From an uncultured archaeon (GTDB lineage: Archaea; Thermoplasmatota; Thermoplasmata; Thermoplasmatales; Thermoplasmataceae): 64,000 nt of DNA. The notes beneath the pieces are model-generated. The model had not been told where the DNA came from, made no database searches, and saw only the letters and a list, made by a program, of their open reading frames with translations. How positions within the stretch are numbered: position 1 is the stretch's first letter; every line of letters begins with the position of its first letter. The stretch is taken from assembly GCA_000965745.1 (NCBI GenBank), contig CP009479.1, positions 1,376,001-1,440,000 of the forward strand, written 5' to 3'. Below are positions 39,221-49,886 of this stretch, one piece after another. The position numbers were made by a program, and so were the translations under genes.

Positions 39221-40246
39221 TTATTTTATTCTTCCAAGAGTCGGTTTCTCAGTAAAATGCTCATAACCAAGTCCGGTTATGGCTTCCCATCTTTCCCCGT
39301 CGAAGATTATGTTATTCTCTTCCCAAACCTGCCCAATTATTGAAACATCCACATTGTTGGATTCCATGTTCTCAAGGAAATCTCCGTAATTTTCATTTTC
39401 TATGGTGAAGAGAATCTCGTAGTCCCCTCCGAAAGAGAAGAGAAGGTCACGCACAGATGCCCCGGAAAGTTCTGATGCCTTATCCACATTCCTGTCTTGC
39501 TGGACAGAGTCCTCCACAATCTTGAACCCTATGCCATAATCATTCTTCATCTGCGCAACAGATGAAAAGATCCCGTCAGAAAGATCCATCATGAACTTTC
39601 CGCCATGACGGCTTATTATGTCAGCTTCCCTTATTCTGGCCTGGACCCCCATCATAAGGTTTATTCCAAGGTCTTTCTTGTAACCTGTCTTGTAGAAAAC
39701 ATAACCTGATGCAGATCTTCCCAACCTGTTGGTCACACCGAGAAGCTGGCCAGGCTTGATATCCCCTCTCTTTCTCGTATACTCCTTTTTTTGCCTGCCC
39801 ACTGCTATGCCCGTCAAGGTCAGGGAAGCGCCTTCCTTCATGTCTCCCCCGAGGTGCTCTACTTCATATTGATCCAGCACTTTGCTCACGCCCGTTTCCA
39901 GGCCCTCGAAAAACTCTATATCGGTATCCGGCGAGGCTGAATAGGCAGACATAAAGCCAATAGGTTCACCTGCCATTCCTGCTATGTCGCTTAGGTTTAT
40001 GTTTGCAAAAAAGCTCCCTATCTGTTCAGGGCTTGCACCCTTTGGCGCGTGGGTGAGTGGAGTTATAACATCGGTGGAGAGTAACAGGTAGTCTTCCCCA
40101 TCTTCAATCAGAGCACAGTCATCCTTAGGAACCTGCTTTGAGTGCATAGACATAAGTCTGTCTATAATTCTCCGTTCTCCTATGTCCTTCAATTTCAATA
40201 CTTCAGCATTGAAGGTAATCTGATTAATCTTTCTCCACCCGATCAA
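39221..40246 (-). CDS. thiL: Thiamine-monophosphate kinase (true start probably a TTG near 40198)
   Basis: GERRII, DDCA, NLSDIAGM, GGD, DLSDG, GGDYE. Confidence 0.93.
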   Translation of the reverse strand: MIGWRKINQITFNAEVLKLKDIGERRIIDRLMSMHSKQVPKDDCALIEDGEDYLLLSTDVITPLTHAPKGASPEQIGSFFANINLSDIAGMAGEPIGFMSAYSASPDTDIEFFEGLETGVSKVLDQYEVEHLGGDMKEGASLTLTGIAVGRQKKEYTRKRGDIKPGQLLGVTNRLGRSASGYVFYKTGYKKDLGINLMMGVQARIREADIISRHGGKFMMDLSDGIFSSVAQMKNDYGIGFKIVEDSVQQDRNVDKASELSGASVRDLLFSFGGDYEILFTIENENYGDFLENMESNNVDVSIIGQVWEENNIIFDGERWEAITGLGYEHFTEKPTLGRIK

Positions 40247-40255
40247 AAAGGAGAG

Positions 40256-41314
40256 TCAGAGGTAGGAACATGAGGATGATATTCTTGTGACCAGCCTGTT
40301 ATAATCTGACTGAAAAATTAGAACATCTTCGGAATCAAGCCTTCGGTCAAACGATTCCCTGCTGCCCCTGCTGTAGTATTCCTCCAAGGGTGAGAAATCC
40401 TGCGAAAGCGAGGATTCAAAGATCAGATTGAGAAGCGTTCTGTCGCGTTCTTCATTATGAACTCCTCTTAGCTTGTCTCCACCTGTTGGGTAAGAGACGA
40501 CTGAAGTTCCACAACCTTTGCTTCTCAGCAGGACCTCTGCCAGGCTCCACAGCCTTGGAGGCCTGTACAGCCCAGCTTTCCAGAGCTTCTCTACCATTGT
40601 ATTCTTCTGTATATTCATGGGATTCACTGACACATCGTCTGAGAAGTGTGCAACAGCATTGATGGAGTAAAGCGCATCTTCTACTGCTTCTCTTTCTGAT
40701 ATGAAGGGCGGCTTGAAAAGTAGGTATGTTCTGAGCTCTAGCTTCAACTTTTTCAGCACTTCTGCCGATTCCTTGAACTTGCTGAATGTGCTGCCTTTGT
40801 TTACAGAATATTTCATTATGTAGTCATTGGCGCTTTCCAGGCCTATTGCAACTCTTGTAGGAACCTTGTAGTCTCCAATTTTCTGCAGGTTCTTTTCTGT
40901 AATGTATTCTGTCCTCGACTCGACCAGCGCCTTCTCAATCTTGCCCTCAATCGATTCGTAGAAATAGTCCCTTACCTCAAGCGGGACTTCTCTGGGGTCT
41001 AGAAAACTTCCAGAGGTGAACACTTTCAGCACCTTCGAATCCGAAAGGGATGATGCCATCAGGTCGATCTGCCTGTACAGGTTTTCTGGCTCGATCTTGC
41101 TTGAAACATCATTAAAGTATCCGCACATCGAACATGAAGAAAAATTGAACCATGAGCATCCCTTTGTCTTGAATATTACCACAGTTGTCTGTTCAGGGTA
41201 GCCTCTGATCCTATCAAGCTCTTTCCATAGTGAAACGGGTTTGTCAAGCTCCTCATCCCGGTCTCTGTCTGGCATGAGATGTTTAATTGCAGTTGCATAT
41301 TCTCGGTTGATCAT
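40256..41314 (-). CDS. Radical SAM protein, archaeosine-biosynthesis RaSEA-like
   Basis: T.GCSW...SCSMC, FTSGSFLD.RE, ESR.E, GLES, NKG, YRPP.LWS. Confidence 0.85.
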   Translation of the reverse strand: MINREYATAIKHLMPDRDRDEELDKPVSLWKELDRIRGYPEQTTVVIFKTKGCSWFNFSSCSMCGYFNDVSSKIEPENLYRQIDLMASSLSDSKVLKVFTSGSFLDPREVPLEVRDYFYESIEGKIEKALVESRTEYITEKNLQKIGDYKVPTRVAIGLESANDYIMKYSVNKGSTFSKFKESAEVLKKLKLELRTYLLFKPPFISEREAVEDALYSINAVAHFSDDVSVNPMNIQKNTMVEKLWKAGLYRPPRLWSLAEVLLRSKGCGTSVVSYPTGGDKLRGVHNEERDRTLLNLIFESSLSQDFSPLEEYYSRGSRESFDRRLDSEDVLIFQSDYNRLVTRISSSCSYL

Positions 41315-41404
41315 ATCTCGTATCTTGGAGGATAATTCCGACTCAATTTATTATGTTGATCATTCCTGCTTACATCAAAAAATGGGTACGCACAGGTTGA
41401 AATT

Positions 41405-42715
41405 CTAGTTTCCAGGCTTGCCTTTATCATCAGGCCCAATCTTGGAAGTGCCATCCCGAAAGACCACTTCCCTCCTTGGGACTGCGATCTTGATTCCATT
41501 TTTGTCGAACTCTTTTTTAATGTTGTACAGTGATTCCTTCTCAAGTGTCCAGTTATCATTCTGGTTCCTCGCCCTTCCCAGCGCCCGCAGCTGGACTCCG
41601 TATTCCGTATAGTCCATTACAAGCACGCTTGGCATACCTTCTGTCGGGTAGAAAAGCGGGTGTTTTCTGATCACATCCTTCATAATCTCCATTGCTTTGT
41701 CAAGGTCACTCTCAAGAGTGATCTGCATATAGATAACAGCCAGTTTTGTCTCGTCCACTGCGTTGTAGTTAACCACAATTGTATTCAGGAACATGTTGTT
41801 GGGCACCATCAGCCTGCGCCCGTCCCAGGTTCTTAAAACAGTGAATATCAGCTTGATATCCTCCACGAAGCAATAGTTGCTGTCGAAAATTATGGCGTCC
41901 CCGATTCTGAAGGGCTGGGCGATGGAAACAACACCGCCGGCAATGAGGTTGGAAAGGCTGGATTGTGCAGCAAGACCGATCACTATCGATGTGAACCCTG
42001 CCGCCACGAAGAGAGATGCGATTGCACCCGAAGCGCTCGGGAATGCACTGAATCCTGCTGCCGCTGCTCCCACGAGTGCTATTATGCCTATTAGAACACG
42101 CCTTCCGAAGGTAATGGTTGTGTGAAGCTGTGGCTGTTTTCCCTTTATTGTGCTCTGGTATCGCAGTATTATGAGGTTTATGATATATACAATAATGTAT
42201 GTGAGGATAAGTCCCGTTATGAAACTTACAACCTGGAATGCACTCGCCGCTATGATGGGGCTTATTGGCGATGTGAAGATGATGTAGAACAGGGCTATGA
42301 GCCCGATGGAGTATATCCCCAGAAGAAGGAGGCGCCTCCCTCCGTTTCTAATGTTGAAGAAGTCCCTTATGACAATTGTGCTGATTTTTCTGGCCGCATT
42401 TATAGATACGAGGAGAAGAACCAGCTCAAAAATGAAAATGATGGTCCCCTCACTCAGATAATCTGGAAAGAGATGGGGATGTATTCTGCCAACTATTACC
42501 AGAACAATTCCGAGTACTACAACTGGAACAGGCCCCCTGATGACAACCATTATTGATTTTTTGAACTCTTTCGCCCTGTTGGACCTGCTCAGCGAAATCC
42601 TGACCGCAACGTAAATTGTTATGATCACCCCCAGGGCAAGGACCAGGGGTAGGACAAGTGACACGAAGTAGTCAGAAAGGTACCTGAAGAATACAATTAC
42701 GTCCATGGGCCTCAC
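41405..42715 (-). CDS. MscS family mechanosensitive channel
   Basis: GLAAQSSLSNLIAG, PFRIGD, VPN; multiple TM helices. Confidence 0.93.
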   Translation of the reverse strand: MRPMDVIVFFRYLSDYFVSLVLPLVLALGVIITIYVAVRISLSRSNRAKEFKKSIMVVIRGPVPVVVLGIVLVIVGRIHPHLFPDYLSEGTIIFIFELVLLLVSINAARKISTIVIRDFFNIRNGGRRLLLLGIYSIGLIALFYIIFTSPISPIIAASAFQVVSFITGLILTYIIVYIINLIILRYQSTIKGKQPQLHTTITFGRRVLIGIIALVGAAAAGFSAFPSASGAIASLFVAAGFTSIVIGLAAQSSLSNLIAGGVVSIAQPFRIGDAIIFDSNYCFVEDIKLIFTVLRTWDGRRLMVPNNMFLNTIVVNYNAVDETKLAVIYMQITLESDLDKAMEIMKDVIRKHPLFYPTEGMPSVLVMDYTEYGVQLRALGRARNQNDNWTLEKESLYNIKKEFDKNGIKIAVPRREVVFRDGTSKIGPDDKGKPGN

Positions 42716-42899
42716 ATTTCGGCTTGCTTTTCAGATCGATCAGTTGTTTGGAATATAAAGGCTAATCGTCTATGGTATAAATGATTTATTTGCAATTTTT
42801 GCATCAAATTTACGAGAAAGTGCTCGTTTTGTCTACGAGTTCCGTTGGAGACGCAAGAATTGAACCATATTTATTATAAGTGGTAAGTAATAGCACCCG

Positions 42900-44039
42900 A
42901 TGGTTTCCTCTAGACTTGACAGCATAAGCGCGTCTCCAACTATCAGCCTTTCCAACAGGGCAGCAGAGTTGCAGAGAAAGGGAATGAAAGTATACAATTT
43001 TGGTGTTGGGGAGCCTGATTTCACGACTCCGGAGAACGTCATCGACTACGCATTCGAATGGGCAAAAAAAGGCAAAACGCACTACACACCTTCCAGAGGA
43101 ATAATGGAACTGAGGGAAAAGATAGTTGAGGAGGCAAAAGCAGCCAACAACATTGACGTAACATCCAAGAATGTACTGGTTTCTTCTGCAAAATTTGCGA
43201 TCAACATGGGACTTATGTGCATCCTTGAAGCGGGAGAAGAAGTGCTTCTTCCTGAGCCTTACTATTCATCATATCCCGATATTGTGAAACTTGCGGGAGG
43301 CAAGCCGATTCCGGTCCAGACCGACGAGGAGTATGATTTTGACTTTGACGCTATGTCAAAGCTTGTTGGCCCAAACACCAGGGCAATAATAATCAGCAAT
43401 CCTACCAACCCCACAGGGAAGGTCTATTCTGAAAAAACTTTGAGGAAGCTCACTGACTTTCTTCTTGAGAATGACCTGCACCTAATTTCTGACGAGATAT
43501 ATTCAGAGCTCATTTACGAGGGCAAGATGTTTTCCCCCGCATCCATCGACGAAGCGAGTGACAGGGTGATCACTATTGGCGGATTCTCCAAGAGCCACGC
43601 CATGACAGGCTGGAGGATCGGGTACATGCTTGCATCATCAGACATCATTGACGCATCAGACAAAATCCAGCAGCAGACTGTTACATGTGCACCATCTATT
43701 TCTCAATACGCAGCACTCGAGGCACTGAGAGACAAGGAAAGCCCGAAGCGAATGAAGGAGGAGTTCAGAAGAAGAAGGGACATGGTATCCAAACTGCTTT
43801 CCGAAACCGGGAAACTTAAATTCAGGATGCCCGAAGGAACCTTCTATTTCTTCCCGTCCTATGAATCCGACATTCCTTCCAAGACTTTCAGTGAGAACCT
43901 GCTAAATGAGAAGCAGGTAATAACTACGCCTGGAATTGCCTTTGGCGGTCAGGGGGAACGGCACTTCAGGGCTTCCTTTGCTGCATCCGATGAAGTGATA
44001 AATGAAGGCTTGAGCAGGCTTAACGACTTCATTTCATAA
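42900..44039 (+). CDS. Aspartate aminotransferase family (class I/II PLP) enzyme
   Basis: GEPDF, NPTNPTG, DEIY, FSK.HAMTGWRIG. Confidence 0.95.
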   Translation: MVSSRLDSISASPTISLSNRAAELQRKGMKVYNFGVGEPDFTTPENVIDYAFEWAKKGKTHYTPSRGIMELREKIVEEAKAANNIDVTSKNVLVSSAKFAINMGLMCILEAGEEVLLPEPYYSSYPDIVKLAGGKPIPVQTDEEYDFDFDAMSKLVGPNTRAIIISNPTNPTGKVYSEKTLRKLTDFLLENDLHLISDEIYSELIYEGKMFSPASIDEASDRVITIGGFSKSHAMTGWRIGYMLASSDIIDASDKIQQQTVTCAPSISQYAALEALRDKESPKRMKEEFRRRRDMVSKLLSETGKLKFRMPEGTFYFFPSYESDIPSKTFSENLLNEKQVITTPGIAFGGQGERHFRASFAASDEVINEGLSRLNDFIS

Positions 44040-44054
44040 TTTTACGCTAAGAAT

Positions 44055-45080
44055 TCAACTTCTTCTCTTCAGGATTATTATGCTATGGTTCTCCACGCTG
44101 CTATCTGGCGAAATGGTTGAAACTACTCTTCCACCTTTCCTGAATCCGAGTATGAATGTACCCGGAACTTCATACTCGTTGTATACCAATGAAAATGGCT
44201 TTCCCGAATACTTTTTCAGGTCTATCTCCTTAAGCTCGGTATCTCCCTTTCCATAGATCAGGTCTTTGAGGATCTTGGACAGCCCGGGATGATCAATAGA
44301 GTTCGAAATAAGCTGTGAGGACAATTTCCCCTTGACAATTATTTCGTCTATACCTACATTGACTGCATGAACTTCGTTGGCCGAATCTAGAATTTCGGCT
44401 ACCACATACGTGTCAGGATTGCTCTTTCTGACAGTCATGCCCATCAGGATGGTTCTGGCATCTACTTCCGAGTACTCTTCATCGCTTGCAGATCTTCCAG
44501 ATAATATGATCACAGTATCTGATTTTGAAATTCCTGCATTTTTGAGGGACTCCTCTTCAAGGCAGCTTCCTTTCACATACCTGAACTCAATCCCTTCTTC
44601 CTTAATTTCAGACCTTGCCACTACCACTACCGGGACAGATTTTCTGTTCAGTTCGCTTATTATATCCTTTCCAGTTGAATCAAAGTTGCATATGATTACA
44701 TGCTCTCTCAATCTTAGCCTCACTCTCCCTATTCTCTGTGATATCTTGGAATTAACTATATTTGCAGACACAGATGCAAGCAGGTAGCCTAAGCTCCCAA
44801 TTCCCACCACCATTATTAGCATTGCATTCAGCCTTCCAAGATACCCTATGACTGCGGTATCTCCGTAACCAACGGTTGTCAGTGTCTGCATTGTCCACCA
44901 GAGACTTGTGAACAGGCTGTGTATTCCAGAAGAAGGTATGCTGTTTTCAAGGTAGTACTCTGACAGTGTACCGTAAATTATCACAGTTATTGTACTGAGG
45001 GATGACCCTACAACCCCTTTCTTTATGGTTTTGCCAATTTTCCTTAGGAATATCCATATGGGAATCATTTGCAGCCTCAA
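44055..45080 (-). CDS. Potassium channel with RCK domain (MthK-like)
   Basis: TTVGYGD selectivity filter between two TM helices; C-terminal RCK domain. Confidence 0.93.
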   Translation of the reverse strand: MRLQMIPIWIFLRKIGKTIKKGVVGSSLSTITVIIYGTLSEYYLENSIPSSGIHSLFTSLWWTMQTLTTVGYGDTAVIGYLGRLNAMLIMVVGIGSLGYLLASVSANIVNSKISQRIGRVRLRLREHVIICNFDSTGKDIISELNRKSVPVVVVARSEIKEEGIEFRYVKGSCLEEESLKNAGISKSDTVIILSGRSASDEEYSEVDARTILMGMTVRKSNPDTYVVAEILDSANEVHAVNVGIDEIIVKGKLSSQLISNSIDHPGLSKILKDLIYGKGDTELKEIDLKKYSGKPFSLVYNEYEVPGTFILGFRKGGRVVSTISPDSSVENHSIIILKRRS

Positions 45081-45805
45081 ATAATCACTAATTCTTTAGT
45101 GTTGTTGCCCTCCTCAATATGTCATTGATCATATTTTAAACCTCATTCAGGTTGCCCATCACTTTCGAGCGTCTTTCCTTCCAGCTGGCCTGAAGGGATC
45201 TGAGTGCCTCAGTACAGAGAATGTAAGGCCAATTATCGGGCTGGTTGAGATGAACGCTTCAACCTGGACAAGGAAAGGTACTGAATTGTCCGGAATTATT
45301 CCTTTGGCAAAATCGGTGACCATTAATCTTATGCCGATGAAAATAGTAAATAGAAAAAGCCTGTTGACCCGGCCAAGAATTGGATGCTGAAGGCTTTCAC
45401 CGGAGATATTCGGTATAAGACCAACCAGAACCGGATACGCGGCAAGAAGAAGTCCTGAAATGTGTCATAAAGCGACAGGAGCGCCTGGTTTGAAAAGAAA
45501 ACGACAATTTGGGCCCAACATTAGGAAGATAGGCTGGAACATAGCTGTTTCTCAGATAGTTTCTAGCGAGAAGTAAGGTGATTGCAGGAGGTAATATCAC
45601 TATCGTCCCGACCCTGTGCAGGCTTCTACCATCCATATGGCCCTGACTCCTGCCATATTACGATCACACGGGCAGAAAGCCCACATGCTTTAGCCATGTG
45701 AGCATGTCCGGGCACCCATAACGGTAGGCAGATAAAATTATCTATCATTTCCCTGCAATAATTTTTATCCTAACAATGCCCTAATGGAAGTAGACTGGTG
45801 ATTAA

Positions 45806-46747
45806 TTGTCTATTGCAGTATTACTTGAAGCGGGGGTTATTTCAGCCATTGTTGCCTTTATTGTATCTTTCTTCACAGTGAAGTTTCTCGCCATAAAAGG
45901 GAGGAGACGCCTTCCAGTCAATAAACTCGCAAAACCAGAAAGGAAATACGAGGATCCACGACGGCAGAAACCGATTAACAAGAAGGTGAAGGAGAAAGAA
46001 AAATCCAGGAAAATGGAGTATGAGACTAGCCCGGATCATAGCGCAGTCCTCCGAAAGATAGCATCGGACATGAGATCGCAGCTTAAGGGCTTCAGCGATT
46101 CCATCTCCAGGGTGCCCGTTCCTGTCGTTGTTCCAGAGATTTCTACGATGGCTCTGTGGTCAGACCTTATCCGCAACCATCTTCAGGAGAATGAATTTGA
46201 CTTTGAATCCGGCTGGTACAGGTACATAGAACTCTTAAGGGAGCATTCAAGGCTGGAGGCAAACCTGTTCATAGATATCGAGGCACTTATAAAGGAGAAA
46301 ATGGTTGGGTACGCTGCAGTAAATAATGACAATGTGAACATTGCCCCTCCGGAGAACACTGTTTATTACAATTCTGAGCTAATAGGATCTATAATGAGGA
46401 ACTGGCTGGACTCAATACGCGGTTCTGATCTTCATTATCCTCTTGATAACGGAACAGACTTGGGCATGGAGGATGCCAAGAAGTATCTCAAGATACCGGA
46501 TGCAAGGTTCCTTACACTATATAACAAGAAAATAGGGTCAGGGCCCGAGGTGATTGTAGAAGAACTGGAGACCATAGCTAGAGAACTTCTGTTGAACTTT
46601 CACGACACCCCTTCATTCGTGAAATACAGATCGAACCTGACTGAAAATGAAACCGAGGTAACGACGCTTCAAACCAGGCTGAAGGGCATTCTCAGCAACC
46701 TTGAGGCTTTGCCAGTCTTCAAGGGGCTCTGCGAATATTCGCATTGA
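45806..46747 (+). CDS. Hypothetical protein with N-terminal membrane anchor
   Basis: 313-aa ORF; hydrophobic residues 3-28 followed by a basic linker. Confidence 0.7.
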   Translation: MSIAVLLEAGVISAIVAFIVSFFTVKFLAIKGRRRLPVNKLAKPERKYEDPRRQKPINKKVKEKEKSRKMEYETSPDHSAVLRKIASDMRSQLKGFSDSISRVPVPVVVPEISTMALWSDLIRNHLQENEFDFESGWYRYIELLREHSRLEANLFIDIEALIKEKMVGYAAVNNDNVNIAPPENTVYYNSELIGSIMRNWLDSIRGSDLHYPLDNGTDLGMEDAKKYLKIPDARFLTLYNKKIGSGPEVIVEELETIARELLLNFHDTPSFVKYRSNLTENETEVTTLQTRLKGILSNLEALPVFKGLCEYSH

Positions 46748-46774
46748 ACACCCTACAAAGAGGATATGTCAGGT

Positions 46775-46993
46775 TCAACGGCCCCTAAGCCACTGGCCTA
46801 TGAGTATCGAAAGAACAATGAGCCCCGCAGCCAGCAAAACTAGGCCGGAAATCAGCACCGTTCTGTGAATGCTGGATACAACCTCCGATATAACAACGCC
46901 GATCAAGTACCCGCCAACAACCGTTATCACTATACCTACGATGAATGTAATCAGTTTGTATGGTATCTCCCCATTCTTGCTGCCTTCTGCCAT
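46775..46993 (-). CDS. Small two-TM membrane protein
   Basis: 72 aa with two hydrophobic helices. Confidence 0.65.
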   Translation of the reverse strand: MAEGSKNGEIPYKLITFIVGIVITVVGGYLIGVVISEVVSSIHRTVLISGLVLLAAGLIVLSILIGQWLRGR

Positions 46994-47079
46994 ATTGATC
47001 AGTTAATATTATTATATTTTAAATATTAACATTTTGTATAATTATTGTAACATGTATACCATGCGCCTGCTGCATCATC

Positions 47080-48180
47080 CTAACTTCTTGGCTCTATGTG
47101 TGTGAGAAGCCTGTAACCAGGGAATTTCTGGCGAAATCTTTCATCAAGTTTGTGGGCTACATCATGAGCCTTCTCAAGTGTAATATTCCTTTCAAACACA
47201 AGATGCAACTCTGCAATTGATGTACCGAGAGACTCTCTGATCTCCAGCCCATGAAAGCCAACAATCTCCTCTTCCTGGTTTATCAGGTCCTTGATAGATT
47301 TCTCTATATCTTCTATTAAGGCAGTTCTACGTGTATCGACATGAACATGCGCAGAATAAAAGCCGTTATTCGTCAGCTCATCCTGCACCATGTGGGAAAT
47401 TGCGTGAGCCGAAGAGGCATCCAGATTGCCTGAGAGCACAATTGTGATATTGACAACAACCCTTTCCCCGTATTCATGGACTTCTATTTTTCCTATGTCT
47501 CTCACTCCTTTGATTCCCAGGGAAATCAGCCTGGCCTTGTCTATCAGGTCCTTGCTCTGGAAGCCTCCCATTAGCTGATTTATGCTCTTCCTGCCGTAAG
47601 AAAATCCAAGGTAAATCAAGAACAATGCAATTGCCGCACCGATCGCAGGATCAACGAAATTATACCCCTGCCCACTCAATATGAGTCCGACAATAACTGC
47701 TCCGGTAACGAGGTTGTCTGATTGTTCATGCCAGTAATCGGCCGACATGAATTCTGCTGACTTCTCCTTGCCCAGCCTTGAAACATAGACGCCAAGGAAG
47801 AACTTGACCGGTATCGTGATAGCAATCAGGATCACGTAAAGAGTGGAATATCTTATGACAGCAAGATGCCGTATGTCGAAGTATTCCCCTCCGAGTATAG
47901 CTGCACCGGTGGCTATCAACGTAGCCGCAAGGACAAAGAGAACCACGTACTCGGCACGTCCATGCCCGAATGTGTGCTCCTCGTCAGGAGGCATGTAGGC
48001 ATATGTTATCCCTGCGAACATTGACAATCCAACCAGAGCATCCGTCAAGGAATTGAAAGAATCTGAAACAAGAGCGTAACTGTGGATATACACGCCAATG
48101 ATAAGCTTGTATACAAACAAGGCCACGTTCACGGATAGAACAACAATTGAACCTGTTTTCAGTACGGCTCCCCTGTCCAA
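47080..48180 (-). CDS. Cation diffusion facilitator (FieF-like) with duplicated C-terminal domain
   Basis: SD..NS.TD, HTFGHGRAE, H..SD; two AH....H..HxE/D repeats. Confidence 0.92.
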   Translation of the reverse strand: MDRGAVLKTGSIVVLSVNVALFVYKLIIGVYIHSYALVSDSFNSLTDALVGLSMFAGITYAYMPPDEEHTFGHGRAEYVVLFVLAATLIATGAAILGGEYFDIRHLAVIRYSTLYVILIAITIPVKFFLGVYVSRLGKEKSAEFMSADYWHEQSDNLVTGAVIVGLILSGQGYNFVDPAIGAAIALFLIYLGFSYGRKSINQLMGGFQSKDLIDKARLISLGIKGVRDIGKIEVHEYGERVVVNITIVLSGNLDASSAHAISHMVQDELTNNGFYSAHVHVDTRRTALIEDIEKSIKDLINQEEEIVGFHGLEIRESLGTSIAELHLVFERNITLEKAHDVAHKLDERFRQKFPGYRLLTHIEPRS

Positions 48181-48326
48181 GGTTTTTGATCATAGTCATC
48201 TGATTTAAATTTGCTTTGGATCTGCAAGCTCTAATTCCCACTGTCAGGCTTGAAAGTCGGGAGTATCATGTCAAAAACATTTATCCGGAAATGTATCATG
48301 TGCACCTGTCTGATTGGGGTAGCAAT

Positions 48327-49157
48327 ATGAGTTTGACAAACAGGACGATCGTTGAAACCGGATGGCTCGCTAAGCATCTGCGCGAAGATGACATTGTAGT
48401 TGCAGATTGCAGGTACAACCTTATGGATTCCTCCGAAGGCCGGAAGAAGTACCTTTCTGGACACATACCCGGAGCCTATTTTGTCGACATGGAAACTGAC
48501 CTCACTGGTGAAAAAAAGGAACATGGCGGCAGGCATCCAATTCCCGACAAGGATGACTTTTCCAAAAAAATGTCAGCCATCGGAGTTGAAAAAGGGAAAA
48601 CGGTAGTTGCGTATGATGACGACCTGTCTGGTGCGTCCAGACTGTGGTGGCTGCTGAATTATTTCGGCCATGATCATGTGTACGTGCTGAACGGCGGCAT
48701 AGGAAAGTGGATGGAGGAGGGTCGTGAGATATCTCTGGAACTCCCGGTTGAAATGAACAGCCGTTTTGAGCCCGCAGTCAACCACGATCTGCTCTTCGAT
48801 GTTCACACTGTCAGGAGCAGCCGATCAAACGTTATTGTCGATTCCCGCGCACCGGAAAGGTATGCGGGCAAACACGAGCCAATAGATTTTAAAGCAGGGC
48901 ACATACCGGGTGCTGTAAACATATTCTACAGGGATGCTATGAATCCAGAGGGGAAGATAAAGGAGCGCGATGACCTGAGGAAGCTCTATAAAAACACGGG
49001 CCCATCCCCCGTTATATATTGTGGTTCGGGCATAACTTCCTGTGTAAACATTCTTGGAATGGCTGTGATCGGAATAGAAGCCAAATTGTATCCTGGCAGC
49101 TGGAGTGACTGGATAAGTTACCCTGAAAACGATGTTGAAACAGAAGCTGGCTCATAG
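48327..49157 (+). CDS. Tandem-domain rhodanese / sulfurtransferase
   Basis: GHIPGA twice, YCGSG active site, YPGSWSDW. Confidence 0.93.
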   Translation: MSLTNRTIVETGWLAKHLREDDIVVADCRYNLMDSSEGRKKYLSGHIPGAYFVDMETDLTGEKKEHGGRHPIPDKDDFSKKMSAIGVEKGKTVVAYDDDLSGASRLWWLLNYFGHDHVYVLNGGIGKWMEEGREISLELPVEMNSRFEPAVNHDLLFDVHTVRSSRSNVIVDSRAPERYAGKHEPIDFKAGHIPGAVNIFYRDAMNPEGKIKERDDLRKLYKNTGPSPVIYCGSGITSCVNILGMAVIGIEAKLYPGSWSDWISYPENDVETEAGS

Positions 49158-49168
49158 ATGAGAGGAAA

Positions 49169-49675
49169 TCAAGCCCCAATAAATGGGAGCTCCCTCATGG
49201 AAACCCCAACCATCAGCCTGTCCCAGTCACCCAATGGGATTTTTCTGCACACCAGATAACATCCGCCCTCTTCTTTTGAATCCATTCTGCAGAACTTTCC
49301 GAAGTGGCCATTCTCATTGCTGTTGACCTCGGTGTAGAAGTTCATTTCCTTCCCATGCAGGTAAACTGCCTTATAATCTGTTCGCCGGAAAACAGTATCA
49401 TCATCGTTTTCCTCATCAGGGGCCTCATCCCATTCCCAGAATATCCTCACGTTTCTGATGGAGATGGATCTTCCCATGATTTTTCTAACATGGACCCGGA
49501 TAATCATTTCAACTTCTTCTTCAGCTTTTCCCCATATGACATCCCTTCCGTTTTCTTCAATAATGGACCTGCAGATGGATGGCGCAAATCTTGAGCCGAG
49601 GAGAAAATTTCCACCTTCAAGATCATCCGAAAAGATTCGGATACTCTTCAAGAGCGAACAGTTTTGGACAGGCAC
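49169..49675 (-). CDS. Hypothetical protein
   Basis: 168-aa ORF filling the gap; no recognisable motif. Confidence 0.4.
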   Translation of the reverse strand: MPVQNCSLLKSIRIFSDDLEGGNFLLGSRFAPSICRSIIEENGRDVIWGKAEEEVEMIIRVHVRKIMGRSISIRNVRIFWEWDEAPDEENDDDTVFRRTDYKAVYLHGKEMNFYTEVNSNENGHFGKFCRMDSKEEGGCYLVCRKIPLGDWDRLMVGVSMRELPFIGA

Positions 49676-49886
49676 ACAGGAATAAACATGAGGCCTAGTT
49701 AAATGTTGCCACAGAATATCGTATCATCAGCTTGCTATTCTGGTCTGGCTGTTAATGCACGCGCTTTGTAGTTGGAACGATTATGGGCAGATGATGAACC
49801 TGGAAACCAATATCCCATGAAGCTTGCTAATGAACTGTGCGAATGTCCATGGCCGTACTTGAAATAATAATCAGTTTCAGAAGTCA

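Noticed and set aside
45100-45780. RNase P or SRP RNA
   Set aside because: Conserved P4 motifs and the SRP helix 8 signature were not found
49785-49865. C/D box sRNA (ATGATGA present)
   Set aside because: No suitably placed CTGA D box
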